From an uncultured Chthonomonadaceae bacterium (GTDB lineage Bacteria > Armatimonadota > Chthonomonadetes > Chthonomonadales > Chthonomonadaceae): a stretch of 64,000 bases of DNA. The stretch is taken from NCBI GenBank assembly GCA_963817895.1, contig CAWFQB010000007.1, positions 1 through 64,000 of the forward strand. The letters are read 5' to 3'. Numbering within the stretch: position 1 is the stretch's first letter; each line of letters opens with the position of its first letter. The notes beneath the pieces are model-generated. The model searched no databases. It was not told the origin of the DNA and saw only the letters and a program-made list of their open reading frames with translations. This document shows positions 29,823 to 40,064 of this stretch, in pieces. The translations under genes and the position numbers were made by a program.

Positions 29823-31883
29823 ATGCGTTCCAACGGGTGCTTTATTGAGGTTGCGGAAAATCGCCTGAGCGTGGGAAACGAACAATTTGCGCGGTCATGG
29901 CGAATTGGAGCGAATGGCCTCTTGTACGCGGACTCGTTTCAAGACGTGGTTACGGGCAGGGAATGGCTGGCCTCTCCTTCCGAACAGGCCGCGCCTGTCC
30001 CGCTCACACGGGCGGCATGGATGGAGGAAACGCGCGTTCTGACCCTGAACGCGCTTCCCAAACCGCTAAATCTCGAAGCTGATGCGCTGACGGCGGAATT
30101 GGCGGCAGTTAGGGAACGGCTGACGCTGCGTTACTTTTTACAGGTGTTCCCAAACTGTCGCGGTATCCGTATGCGGCTCACGGTGGAAGGCGATACGAGT
30201 AACAACGGCACCCAAGCGTCCGAAGCCACTGAAGGAGAACCGACCGAGCCGACCGGCATTGAAGCGGACGCGACGCGAACGAGCACGAATAAGCCGGGAG
30301 AAACCGATACTCTGGAAGCCCTGACGCTGGCCCCGTTACATCTGCGCTTAACCCAGGTGACATTGCAAGACCAGACAGACAATCACAACGAACTGGTTTT
30401 TGAAAACGAGTGGCTGCTGCATCCCTCCGAAACAACCCTGATGCTGCCGGGCTGTTTATTTTATGTGGAGGATGTGTTGACGGGCGCGGGGCTGATATTT
30501 CTCAAAGAAGCGCCCCTGCCATTGGCGCGTCCCATCCCCTCGCCCCATGATTTGCGCGTTCATTCGGGCGAACGGCGCTTTACCTTCGGGGGACACGGGG
30601 CGGATACCAATGGTGACGGGTATACGTTTGTCACACTGATGTATGCGGATAGAGAAGCGGGACGCATAGCCGCATTGCAGCAGTATCAGCGCAGCCTGCG
30701 CCCCTATGTTCCGGCGCGAGACGGCATGTTGGTATCCAATACGTGGGGCGACCGGAACCGCGACGCGCGTATTACCGCCGACTTCATGGCGCGGGAGATC
30801 GAAGCCGGGGCGCGGTTAGGGGTAGATGTGATTCAAATTGACGACGGCTGGCAGATCGGAACCACCAGCAATTCCATTCGCGCACAAGCCGCAGGCGGCG
30901 TGTGGGAAGGTTTTTACGCGGTTCAGGAGGACTTCTGGGCGGTCAACCCGGAGCGGTTCCCCGATGGCCTCCAACATTTAATCCAGGCGGCTCGGGAAAA
31001 TGGGATGCGGTTCGGGCTATGGTTCGGGCCGGACTCCAGCGAGGATTTTGCCAACTGGCAACGGGATGCCGACACCATCTGCCGCCTGCACCGCGAACTT
31101 GATACGGATTACATCAAAATTGATGGCGTGAAAGTGCGGACGAAAACCGGAGAACGCAACCTGAAAGCGTTTTTCGCGGACGTTCTGAACAGGACGGAGG
31201 GGCGCGTCGTCTTCGATCTGGATGTGACCGCTGAAGTGCGTCCGGGCTATTTCGGCATGATGCAGGTCGGCCCGCTGTTTGTCGAAAACCGCTACACGGA
31301 CTGGCGCAAATACTGGCCGCATCAGACCCTGCGCAACCTGTGGCAACTGGCGCACTACATAGACCCGCTGCGCCTGCGCATGGAGTTTCTGAATCACGCC
31401 CGCAATGGTGAAAAATACCTCAATGACCCTCTCGCGCCCTCGGCCTATCGTCCCGATTATCTGTTCGCGACCGTGATGTTCGCGTCCCCGCTCGGCTGGT
31501 TCGAGGTGTGCCATCTGCCCGAAACGTACTTTGCCGAAGCCGCGCCCCTGATTGCCGTCTGGAGGCAGCACCGGGAAGCCCTTGTTTCCGGCACGATCTA
31601 CCCGATTGGCGAAGCCCCGGATGGCGTAGCATGGACAGGGTTCGCGTCCGTCGCGCCCGATAGCCGCAGCGCGTACCTGCTCATCTTTCGGGAAGCCTCC
31701 CCTTCAGCGGAGTGGCAAATAAGCCTGCCTTTTCTGCCGAACGTGGAACAGCCGACGACTGGCGAGACGCTTGGCGGCGATGGAAACGCTACACTCCTGC
31801 CGGGACAAAAACTGGACGTCACCATTCCTGAATCACGGCGTTTCTTGTTCGCGCATGTCCGCTCAGGCGGCGAAGCGAAATAG
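29823..31883 (+). CDS. Alpha-galactosidase-like glycoside hydrolase (GH36/clan D)
   Basis: SNTWGD, QIDDGWQ, RFPDGL, FGLWFGP, YIKIDG. Confidence 0.85.
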   Translation: MRSNGCFIEVAENRLSVGNEQFARSWRIGANGLLYADSFQDVVTGREWLASPSEQAAPVPLTRAAWMEETRVLTLNALPKPLNLEADALTAELAAVRERLTLRYFLQVFPNCRGIRMRLTVEGDTSNNGTQASEATEGEPTEPTGIEADATRTSTNKPGETDTLEALTLAPLHLRLTQVTLQDQTDNHNELVFENEWLLHPSETTLMLPGCLFYVEDVLTGAGLIFLKEAPLPLARPIPSPHDLRVHSGERRFTFGGHGADTNGDGYTFVTLMYADREAGRIAALQQYQRSLRPYVPARDGMLVSNTWGDRNRDARITADFMAREIEAGARLGVDVIQIDDGWQIGTTSNSIRAQAAGGVWEGFYAVQEDFWAVNPERFPDGLQHLIQAARENGMRFGLWFGPDSSEDFANWQRDADTICRLHRELDTDYIKIDGVKVRTKTGERNLKAFFADVLNRTEGRVVFDLDVTAEVRPGYFGMMQVGPLFVENRYTDWRKYWPHQTLRNLWQLAHYIDPLRLRMEFLNHARNGEKYLNDPLAPSAYRPDYLFATVMFASPLGWFEVCHLPETYFAEAAPLIAVWRQHREALVSGTIYPIGEAPDGVAWTGFASVAPDSRSAYLLIFREASPSAEWQISLPFLPNVEQPTTGETLGGDGNATLLPGQKLDVTIPESRRFLFAHVRSGGEAK

Positions 31884-31910
31884 ATTTGGCTGCGCGCTTT
31901 TAGCCCCGTT

Positions 31911-32960
31911 TCAAGCAACATCGGTTATTTTGGAGGCCCGCTCGAAACGCCCCGCCTCGAAACCGCCGCGCATGGCAAGGGCAAGCGAAAGCATCTGCAC
32001 GGGCAGAATCTCAACAATTTGCGTTACGGCGGCGGGTACGGCGGGCAAACGGAAAGCGTCAAGTCCTTCCGTATTCGGGCCGACAAGCGCGGCATGTCCC
32101 CCGCCGCGCGTAATATCTTCGGCAAGCCGCCGATGCAGCAGGGCCGCGCCGCCTTCCCCCTCAAAAATAAGCGTGAGAACGTTTGCGCCCGCCATTTCCA
32201 ATGGGCCGTGCCGAAACGCCGCCGCGCTCATGCCTTCGGCGTGTCGGCGCGTGGATTCCTTCAATATCAAACCCCCTGTGCCTGTGGTAGCAAGCGAGTC
32301 GCCGCGCCCCGTGACAAACACGCTCTGAATCCCTTCCAGCAATGGCAGCAGTTCCGTAACATGTTCGCGCCATTTGCCGAGGTATTCGCGCGCGGCGCGT
32401 TCCGCTTCCGCCAACTCCTCCAACGCGGCGCGAACATCCCCGCCCGTCAACTGCGCCGCCAGCCAGTGCAGCGCGGCAAGCGTAGCGACATAAGTTTTGC
32501 AGGAAACCGAAGACTCGACGCCCGCATGAAGCAGAATCTTGCTGCCCGCCGCGCGTCCGAGCGGCGATTGTGGGTTGTTGGTGACGCCGATAAGATAGCC
32601 GAACCGGGCTGCCTGTTGCGCCAGAGCGACGATTTCCGCGCTTTCTCCCGACTGCGAAATGGCGACGAGCAGCGTTTGCGAACTGTAAAGCGGCTCAAAA
32701 CCGAAAAGCAACTCCGCCGTTTCCATCCAGTGTGAGGTATACCCGGCGCGGTGCAGGGCGCGATGCAGGGGATAGGCCGCATGAAGCGAACTGCCCATGC
32801 CCGTCAGTACAATGCGCGCGAATTTCCCCGACTGCCAATCGGCAAGCAAATCCGCGTCAAGCGTCAGTTCCGCCAATTTTGCCCGCGCTTCGCGCAGAGT
32901 GTCCGGCTGCGCAAGCAGGTCGTGGAAATACGCGCCTTCGATAAGTGCGCTATTTGTCAT
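31911..32960 (-). CDS. Double-SIS-domain sugar-phosphate isomerase/deaminase (GlmS C-terminal-like)
   Basis: TGMGSS, AISQSGES, VTNNPQS.L, LILKE, FRHGPLE, C-terminal SKIT. Confidence 0.88.
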   Translation of the reverse strand: MTNSALIEGAYFHDLLAQPDTLREARAKLAELTLDADLLADWQSGKFARIVLTGMGSSLHAAYPLHRALHRAGYTSHWMETAELLFGFEPLYSSQTLLVAISQSGESAEIVALAQQAARFGYLIGVTNNPQSPLGRAAGSKILLHAGVESSVSCKTYVATLAALHWLAAQLTGGDVRAALEELAEAERAAREYLGKWREHVTELLPLLEGIQSVFVTGRGDSLATTGTGGLILKESTRRHAEGMSAAAFRHGPLEMAGANVLTLIFEGEGGAALLHRRLAEDITRGGGHAALVGPNTEGLDAFRLPAVPAAVTQIVEILPVQMLSLALAMRGGFEAGRFERASKITDVA

Positions 32961-32974
32961 TCTTCAGTGAACTC

Positions 32975-34750
32975 CTATCGTTGGAACGGCATGGCTCTGT
33001 TGGTTGGCACGGGAATACGCGGAGTTGTGTAGCGCAGATTGGGCGTGACAAAGCGCGTCGCCGGAGGGTTCGCGGCGGTAAGATTCGGCTTGACCCCGCT
33101 GTTCCTTTCTGCGCCAATAGCCTCTTTGCGGGGCTTGCCGAAGTCTTCGGGGTTGAGATACTTGCCCGCTTCTGTTCCGGTTTTCTCCTGCTCCACTTGC
33201 AGCGGATGGTGTTTGGCGTAAGCGTCCGCGCGTACCGCTGTTACCTGCCACGAAACCTTCAGGCCGGGTTTGCCTCCCGCGATGGCAAACTGATTGTGGT
33301 CCATCTCGCGGTCTACATACACGGGAGCGTAGCCGCCCACACAGGTAAGCTGGTAGCGGCAGTCGCTATTTTCCGCTTGAAACCACTCGGGCATATCAAT
33401 AGTCGCTTTACCGTCGCTGTCGAGCAGGGTGTTGCCGCTATACGTGTTGAGTTGTTCGCTGCTTTCCACGCTGGCGTGAACGAGGTATTTGTGAGCAGGA
33501 TCGAGCGGATGATCTATTTTGAAGTGCTTGGTCGCCGCGCTCAAGGTTCCGGTGACCTGCACATCCCCCTGAAAGTAACCCGCGTACCCGCCGTTGCCCA
33601 AGGGAGCGCCATACACGCCCACGCGCCCGTAGCCCACCACGCCCAAACCGGCATTGCACTGTCCCTGCAAGCCGACAGCGTTGAGGAAGCCGTTGTCGTT
33701 ACGAAAGTAGCCGCTCGGGCTTTGCGTGGAGTTGCCGATCCCGATGACCGCTGCGCCGCCGGCAGCATTGGTTCCATACACGCCTGCCGCTTCCGCGCGT
33801 TCCGTGTATCCGTACACGCCATATCCATTCTTGCTTTGCCCCCACGTTCCCGCGCCGGAATTGGTGTTGACGCCGTACACGGCCGGGTCGTTGGGGCTGG
33901 CGCTCACACCGGCGACAGCCGTGGTGGTGATGCTGCTGCCAAACACGCCTGCCGCGCTGAAGACGCCGTTGGAGTTAATGCCGTTGCTGACGCCGTACAC
34001 GCCATACGTGCCTGTCGTTCCTCCGGGGATGCCGCTTATTCCATACAGCGCAGTACCTATGTCATTCGTGCCGAATACCCCCGGAAAGGTGAGAGCGCCT
34101 CGACCCCACACGCCGACCGCAGGCGTGGTTCCTGTGGACGCGCCATAAACGCCCGCAGACGTGGCGACGCCGTTGAAGACCGGTGGGGGAATGGAGGTGG
34201 AACCGACAAACCCTGTGAGTCCTATCACGCCGTAGCCCATAGCGCTTCCGCCGCGTACCCCAACGGAGAGGCCCGATCCATATACGCCTGTATCGCCGGA
34301 ACCCTGTACGCCTATGCCCGTGTTGGTACTGCCCGTAAAACTGGCCGTGCCGACCACGCCTCTGCCATCCTGAGATGTAGCCTCCCCCATCATGCCCACG
34401 CCTTGACTGCCCGTATTCAGGCCATAGATACCCAAAGTGTTGTGTTGGGTGGCAGTTCCCTGAATAGCAGTAGGGGTAAGAAAACTAAACTGACTTGTAC
34501 CCGTATTCGTAACAGCAAACGCCGCGTGGTCGGTAGACGCGGAACCCTGATAAGGCAGCGTCCAAATCGTGCCGTCACCGAGAGCGGGTTCATACGCCAG
34601 CGTGACGCCGAGCAGCAGGATGGTTCCCGCGAAGCGCTGCACAAAGCGCTGCCGGGGAGCGCGTGTCCGCAGCCAATTCAGGAAGCGGGTAACGCCTGCA
34701 TGAGACGGGACAGGCTGAGAGTTGGTTTCAAAGCGTTGCTTTTGCATCAT
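32975..34750 (-). CDS. Secreted Gly-rich GVYG-repeat (fibre/adhesin-like) protein with conserved C-terminal domain
   Basis: Many GVYG/GVFG/GVWG repeats; YAGYFQGDVQVTGTL; FKIDHPLDPAHKYLVHASVES; RYQLT; VSWQVTAVR; GGAG RBS before ATG 34750. Confidence 0.8.
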   Translation of the reverse strand: MMQKQRFETNSQPVPSHAGVTRFLNWLRTRAPRQRFVQRFAGTILLLGVTLAYEPALGDGTIWTLPYQGSASTDHAAFAVTNTGTSQFSFLTPTAIQGTATQHNTLGIYGLNTGSQGVGMMGEATSQDGRGVVGTASFTGSTNTGIGVQGSGDTGVYGSGLSVGVRGGSAMGYGVIGLTGFVGSTSIPPPVFNGVATSAGVYGASTGTTPAVGVWGRGALTFPGVFGTNDIGTALYGISGIPGGTTGTYGVYGVSNGINSNGVFSAAGVFGSSITTTAVAGVSASPNDPAVYGVNTNSGAGTWGQSKNGYGVYGYTERAEAAGVYGTNAAGGAAVIGIGNSTQSPSGYFRNDNGFLNAVGLQGQCNAGLGVVGYGRVGVYGAPLGNGGYAGYFQGDVQVTGTLSAATKHFKIDHPLDPAHKYLVHASVESSEQLNTYSGNTLLDSDGKATIDMPEWFQAENSDCRYQLTCVGGYAPVYVDREMDHNQFAIAGGKPGLKVSWQVTAVRADAYAKHHPLQVEQEKTGTEAGKYLNPEDFGKPRKEAIGAERNSGVKPNLTAANPPATRFVTPNLRYTTPRIPVPTNRAMPFQR

Positions 34751-35099
34751 GGTGGACTCTCCTTTGTGTAAGCGGGGGGAGGTTGTAAGGGGCAATGCGG
34801 CAGAGTATTCCCTGCGATTTGCGCGATTTCCTGCTTCCTGCATACTGTTTTCGCGGACGGAGGTATTTCGCATACAGCGCGTTCCGCTTTTTCAGGCGCA
34901 TAGCGAGTGGTTTCAACAGGAGTTTTGACAAAGGGTGGCGAATAGTGCGGTGAAACATCATCGGCGCGGGAATGACGCCAAACAAAGCGCGTATAAATAT
35001 AGATAATCCGCAATGACAAGGTGGAACGAACCCGCCCTGCGCCGCTGAACAGAATAGCCCATTCATGTAAGATTACAGTATTGAAAGGGAGCAGACGCC

Positions 35100-36080
35100 G
35101 TGATTTATGAACACGCGACGGAATTTGCGGGCAAGCCCGTGAAAGACTGGAATCTTGGCGACGCCGCCGACCCGCAGTTTACCTATCGAATTCTGGTGGA
35201 CTACGAGGATGCAACGCTGTGGATGGACAAACTGGCTGCATTTCTGGAAACGCCGGGGGCGGAACAGGCGACCGGGCTGATTGTGGGCAACTGGGGCGAG
35301 GTTGCCAGCGGCGATGATTCCGCCGAACTCGTGGAAGCGCTGACCGTTGCCCGCGACCGCCTGCCCAACCTGACCGCGCTGTTTATGGGCGACCTTGTGG
35401 GCGAAGAGAGCGAACTCTCGTGGATCAACCAAACCGATGTGTCGCCCCTGTTCAGCGCGTATCCCCGGCTGGAACATTTTCGGATACGTGGCGGCGCGGG
35501 ATTGCGCTTTGGTGGACTGCACAACCCACATCTGAAAACGCTGATTGTGGAAACCGGCGGTCTGCCCGTGGAAGCCCTGCAAGACATTCTAAACGCGCAA
35601 CTGCCCAATCTGGAGCATCTGGAAATCTGGCTTGGCGAAGAAAACTACGGCTGGAACGGCAGCATTGACAGCCTGAAACTCCTGATGGAAAACGATCTGT
35701 TTCCTAAACTCGCTTATCTCGGCCTGCGCAACAGCGCCATTTCCGATGCGATTGCCGCCGGATTGGTCAACGCGCCTATCATGCAGCATCTGCGCGTGTT
35801 GGATTTGTCTATGGGAACGCTGTCAGACGAGGGCGCGAAAGCTTTGCTGCAAAGCCCGCACCTGTCCCGGCTGGAAAAACTGGATTTGCACCACCATTAC
35901 CTGTCCGACGCCATGATCGCGCAACTGACCGGCAACCCCGCGCCGGACGCGGCGGCGCAGCCGCCCCTGGAGGGCATTGCCCCCGAACTGGCCCGTTCGC
36001 CCGGAATCGGCATCGTCGTGGATGTCAGCGACCCGCAGCATGAAGAAGAGTATGGGCGCTATGTTGCCATCGGAGAGTGA
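35100..36080 (+). CDS. STM4015-family leucine-rich-repeat protein
   Basis: LIVGNWG; LPNLTALFMGD....E.ELSWI; LIVETGGLP; LEHLEIWLG...YG; LDLSMGTLSDEGA; LDLHHHYLS; C-terminal RYVAIGE. Confidence 0.85.
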   Translation: MIYEHATEFAGKPVKDWNLGDAADPQFTYRILVDYEDATLWMDKLAAFLETPGAEQATGLIVGNWGEVASGDDSAELVEALTVARDRLPNLTALFMGDLVGEESELSWINQTDVSPLFSAYPRLEHFRIRGGAGLRFGGLHNPHLKTLIVETGGLPVEALQDILNAQLPNLEHLEIWLGEENYGWNGSIDSLKLLMENDLFPKLAYLGLRNSAISDAIAAGLVNAPIMQHLRVLDLSMGTLSDEGAKALLQSPHLSRLEKLDLHHHYLSDAMIAQLTGNPAPDAAAQPPLEGIAPELARSPGIGIVVDVSDPQHEEEYGRYVAIGE

Positions 36081-37266
36081 AACGCCGGAAATCGAACCGC
36101 TGCCGCCTGTGTCCCGCCCATTTGTCGTGATCGGCAATCCTTTGTGTCCCCGCGTGGATCGGTTTCAAACCGCGCTTGCGGGGTTGGGATTGCCGCCCGC
36201 GCAGGAAATCGCGTGGACGGACATTCTGGCGGGAGCGTCTGTTTGCCCGATGTGGTTCCTCCCGGCGCGATTGTCCGATTGGAAGCGCCCGGAACCGCCT
36301 TTCAACGGAACGCGCATTGCTGGCATTGGGGGCCGACCTGCCCGACCCGGAAGCGAAATACGAGCGTATTCCAAAACACGATGCGGCGAACATGGAGTTT
36401 CGATAAGGGGCGAATCGTCTGCCCCCGGCAATGGTATCTTGGGTTTCAAGCCGTACTGGAAATCGTGGAAGCGCAGTTAGCCGCCTGCGTCCACATTACG
36501 CGCATGAACCACCCGCCCGATATTGCCGTGATGTTCGACAAGCCACGTTGTCAGGAACGATTGCGGCTTGCAGGATTGCCGATTCCGCGCCCGTTGGGAA
36601 TTATCGCCGGATACAACGATCTTGTCGCCAAAATGCAGGCGGCGGATTGCGGGCGCGTGTTCGTGAAACTGGCGCACGGTTCGAGCGCGTCCGGCGTGGT
36701 GGCGTACCGAACGCAGGGCGACAGGCATCAGGCCACGACAACCGTGGAAATGGTAAAGCGGAACGGCAAACTGTTCTTATACAACACCCGCGATATACAG
36801 GTGTATACGCGACCCGAATGTGATTGCGGAACTAATAGATGCGCTGGCGCGGCATCGGGCAATGGCGGAAGAGTGGATACCCAAAGCGGGCATGGACGGA
36901 CACTGTTTCGATCTGCGCGTTGTCGTAATCGGCGGACAGGCGCAGCACGTCGTCGCCCGCCTGAGCCGCAAGCCCATGACCAACCTGCACCTGCGCAATC
37001 CGCGCCGCTCGTGGGAATTTGCGCGGGAATACATTGGCCCTGCAGCCGCCCATGCCGCATTGCAAACCGGTGAGGCCGCCCTGCGCTGTTTTCCCCACAG
37101 CCTGTACGCGGGCATTGATCTGCTGTTCGCGCCCGGCCTGCGCCGCCACGCCGTTCTGGAACTGAACGCTTTCGGCGACCTGCTTCCCGGCACACTCCAC
37201 GAGGGACGCGACACGTACACGGCGGAAATTCTTGCCGCATTGAGTGAGGAAGAAACAACGGATTGA
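36061..37266 (+). CDS. STM4014-family ATP-grasp protein; about 4 frameshifts in this sequence
   Basis: Segments across frames: FVVIGNP..RV..F, VRLEAPG, PRQWYLGF, MFDKP.C, VFVKLAHGSSASGVVA, EEWIPKA, FDLRVVVIGG, PMTNLHL, LELNAFGDLLPG. Confidence 0.8.
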
Positions 37267-37469
37267 GGAACCGCGAAATACGCGAAATAAACGAAAAGAA
37301 GAACAAAAGGAGAATAGACAGGATTAACAGGATTTTCAGGATTGAACAGGATTACAACAAGACGAAGGCTTGCCCCATCTGTTGTTCTCATCCGTGTTTC
37401 TCCGTGTCCTCCGTGTTCTCCGTGGTTTATCTTTTCTTTTTTCGTTTGTTTCGCGTGTTTTGCGGTTCC
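37267..37469. repeat. Nested short-period inverted-repeat element
   Basis: Outer arms ggaaccgcgaaatacgcgaaataaacgaaaa / ttttcgtttgtttcgcgtgttttgcggttcc enclose a CAGGATT array (37316-37355) and a CTCCGTGTT array (37388-37428). Confidence 0.8.
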
Positions 37470-37495
37470 CATCGCATTGGAAGTGAGTGGACTAG

Positions 37496-38307
37496 ATGTT
37501 GAACGCGCGGGAACTGGTGGGTACGCATGACGTGCTGTTGGTGACGCTGGATACTCTGCGCTACGATGTGGCGCGGGATATGCTGGCGGCGGGACAAACG
37601 CCGTTTCTGGCTTCGCTGCTGCCCGAACGGGGTTTGGGAGGAGCGGCACACGCCGGGAAGTTTCACGTATGCGGCGCATCAGGCGTTTTTCGCCGGGTTT
37701 CTGCCCACTCCCGCCGCGCCGGGACGCCATCCGCGCCTGTTTGCCGCCCGGTTCGCGGGCAGCGAAACCACAATGGACGGAACCTGCGTGTTCGACGCGC
37801 CCGACATCGTGACCGGATTTGCGGCAACGTGGCTATCATACAGTTTGCATCGGCGGCGTGGGGTTTTTCAACAAGCAAACGGCGCTGGGAAGCGTTCTGC
37901 CGGGTTTGTTCGCGGAAAGCCACTGGTCGTCGGAATTGGGCGTGACCGATCCGCGCTCAACAGAAAATCAGGTTCGGCTTGCCGCGCAAATTCTGAACGG
38001 ATTGCCGCCGGAAAAGCGCGTGTTTCTATTCCTCAACGTATCGGCATTGCATCAGCCCAACCGCTTTTATCTGCCGGGCGCGATGGAGGACACGCTTGAA
38101 TCTCACGCGGCGGCGCTGGCGTATGTGGACAGTCAACTGCCGCCGCTGTTCGCGGCATTGCAGGCGCGCGGCCCGTCGCTGGTTGTTCTGTGTTCCGATC
38201 ACGGCACGGCGTATGGCGAAGACGGCTATGAAGGCCACCGCATCGGCCATTCCGTCGTCTGGACGGTTCCCTACGCCGAGTTTATCTTGCCAGGTGACAT
38301 ACGATGA
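37496..38307 (+). CDS. STM4013-family sulfatase/alkaline-phosphatase-fold hydrolase; 2 frameshifts
   Basis: [65 protein letters not shown]. Confidence 0.82.
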
Positions 38308-38602
38308 TTGTGGAAGCATCAGGAAATTTGCTGGCTGCGGATGTGGACGCTCTGGTAAACACCATCAATACGGTCGGCGTCATGGGTAAAGGGATCGCGC
38401 TGCAATTCAAGCAAGCGTTTCCTGCGAACTTTCGTGCTTATGAAGCAGCCTGTTTGCGCGACAGGAAAACATCGGTTCGCTCGCGCTCCCGCCATTGGGT
38501 TGCGGGTTGGGCGGCTTGCAGTGGAGCGAGGTATGCCCACTCATTGAACAAGCATTCGCTGTCCTGCCGGATGTGGAAATTCGTTTGTATGTGCCGAAAT
38601 AG
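38304..38602 (+). pseudogene. DarG-like macrodomain gene with an internal deletion and frameshift
   Basis: N-half [33 protein letters not shown]; in another frame the C-half [23 protein letters not shown]; the central INFPTK-type segment is absent. Confidence 0.8.
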
Positions 38603-38626
38603 ACAAGAGTGTAAGGAAGCAACAAA

Positions 38627-40054
38627 TTGACAGTATCGCTTGATGCAACACCCTACGCGGGCTATACCTATGCGTACCCGCATAAGACGGCGTACCGCCC
38701 GCTTGTTCCGCCTGTATCCTTGAAGAATTTGTGGCAGGGCGAGAACCGGGACGCGCTATTCTTATATCTGCATGTGCCGTTTTGCGAGATGCGCTGCGGG
38801 TTCTGCAACCTGTTTACGACCGCGAACCCAAAGCAGAATTTTACGACCGCGTATCTGCAAGCGTTGCGGCGGCAGGCGGTTCAGGTACGGGAAGCGTTGG
38901 GGCAGGCGCGATTTGCGCGGCTTGCCATTGGTGGCGGGTACGCCGACGTTTCTCAACATCGCGGAACTGGAAGAATTGTTCGGGATTGTTACCGATCTGT
39001 ACGGCGTGGAACCGGGTGCAAATTCCCGTTTCTGTGGAAACGTCGCCGCGCACGGCGGAACCGGAGAAATTGACATGGCTGCGCGAACGGGGCGTGGATC
39101 GTATCAGCATGGGCGTACAGAGTTTCTCGAGCCGGAAGTGAACGCTTCGGGACGGGCGCAGAAAACGGCATGGGTGGAAGACGCGCTGGAACACATACGC
39201 GAAGCAGGCTTTCCTACGCTCAATATTGATCTGATTTACGGCCTGCCGCATCAGACGGTCGGCAGTTGGCTGTGTTCGCTGGAAATGGCGTTGCGCTGGC
39301 AGCCGGAAGAGTTGTTTTTGTATCCGCTGTACGTGCGCCCGCTCACCGGATTAGGACGCAAAGCGCAAAAAGTCGCAAAGTTTAAGACTGTCGGGAAGCA
39401 GGTACAACCACAAGGCGCGAAGTTCCGACGGTTTTCGATGACGCTGCATTAGAAGAATGAATAATGCCGCGCTTGCAGGTGATGATATTCGGCTTGCCTG
39501 CTACCGGGCGGGGCGGGAATTGCTGCTGGCGAACGGCTACGCGCAGGTGTCTATGCGGATGTTCACGCGCCTGAAAACCGGTTCCGAAGTTGCAAAGCCG
39601 GATGTGGCGTACTGCTGTCAGGAGGATGGCATGGTGGGGCTTGGCTGTGGCGCGCGTTCCTATACAACACGTTTGCACTACGCCAGCGAGTACGCGGTGG
39701 GCGCGCCGGGAGTGCGCGACATTCTGCGCGATTATGTCGGCAAGACTGCGGAAGCGTTTCAGTTTGCCGATTACGGTTACGCGCTTTCCGAAGCAGAGCA
39801 GAAACGGCGGTTCGTCATTCAATCCCTGCTGCAAACGTCAGGATTGGATCTGAGCGCGTATTTACAGCGGTTCGGAACTCGTTCCCCTCGCGGATTTCCC
39901 CGAACTGGCCGAACTCATCACGCGCGGATTGGCCGAACCCAACGGCAACGCGCTGCGATTAACCCCGGCAGGCATGGAACGCTCGGACAGCATTGGCCCC
40001 TGGCTCTACTCCCGCGAAGTCAACGTCCTGATGCAAACCTACGCGCTGCATTGA
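38627..40054 (+). CDS. STM4012-family HemN-like radical SAM protein; several frameshifts plus an insertion near 39360-39480
   Basis: [29 protein letters not shown] (CxxxCxxC), [73 protein letters not shown]. Confidence 0.82.
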
Positions 40055-40064
40055 TTACGATTCT

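Noticed and set aside
38304..38630. Complete DarTG toxin-antitoxin system, or the 108-aa ORF as an intact gene
   Set aside because: There is no DarT-like gene, and the ORF's second half is out of frame with the macrodomain C-terminal motifs.
36061..40054. Programmed ribosomal frameshifting in the STM operon
   Set aside because: There are too many breaks per gene, and I saw no consistent slippery-site plus stimulator pattern.
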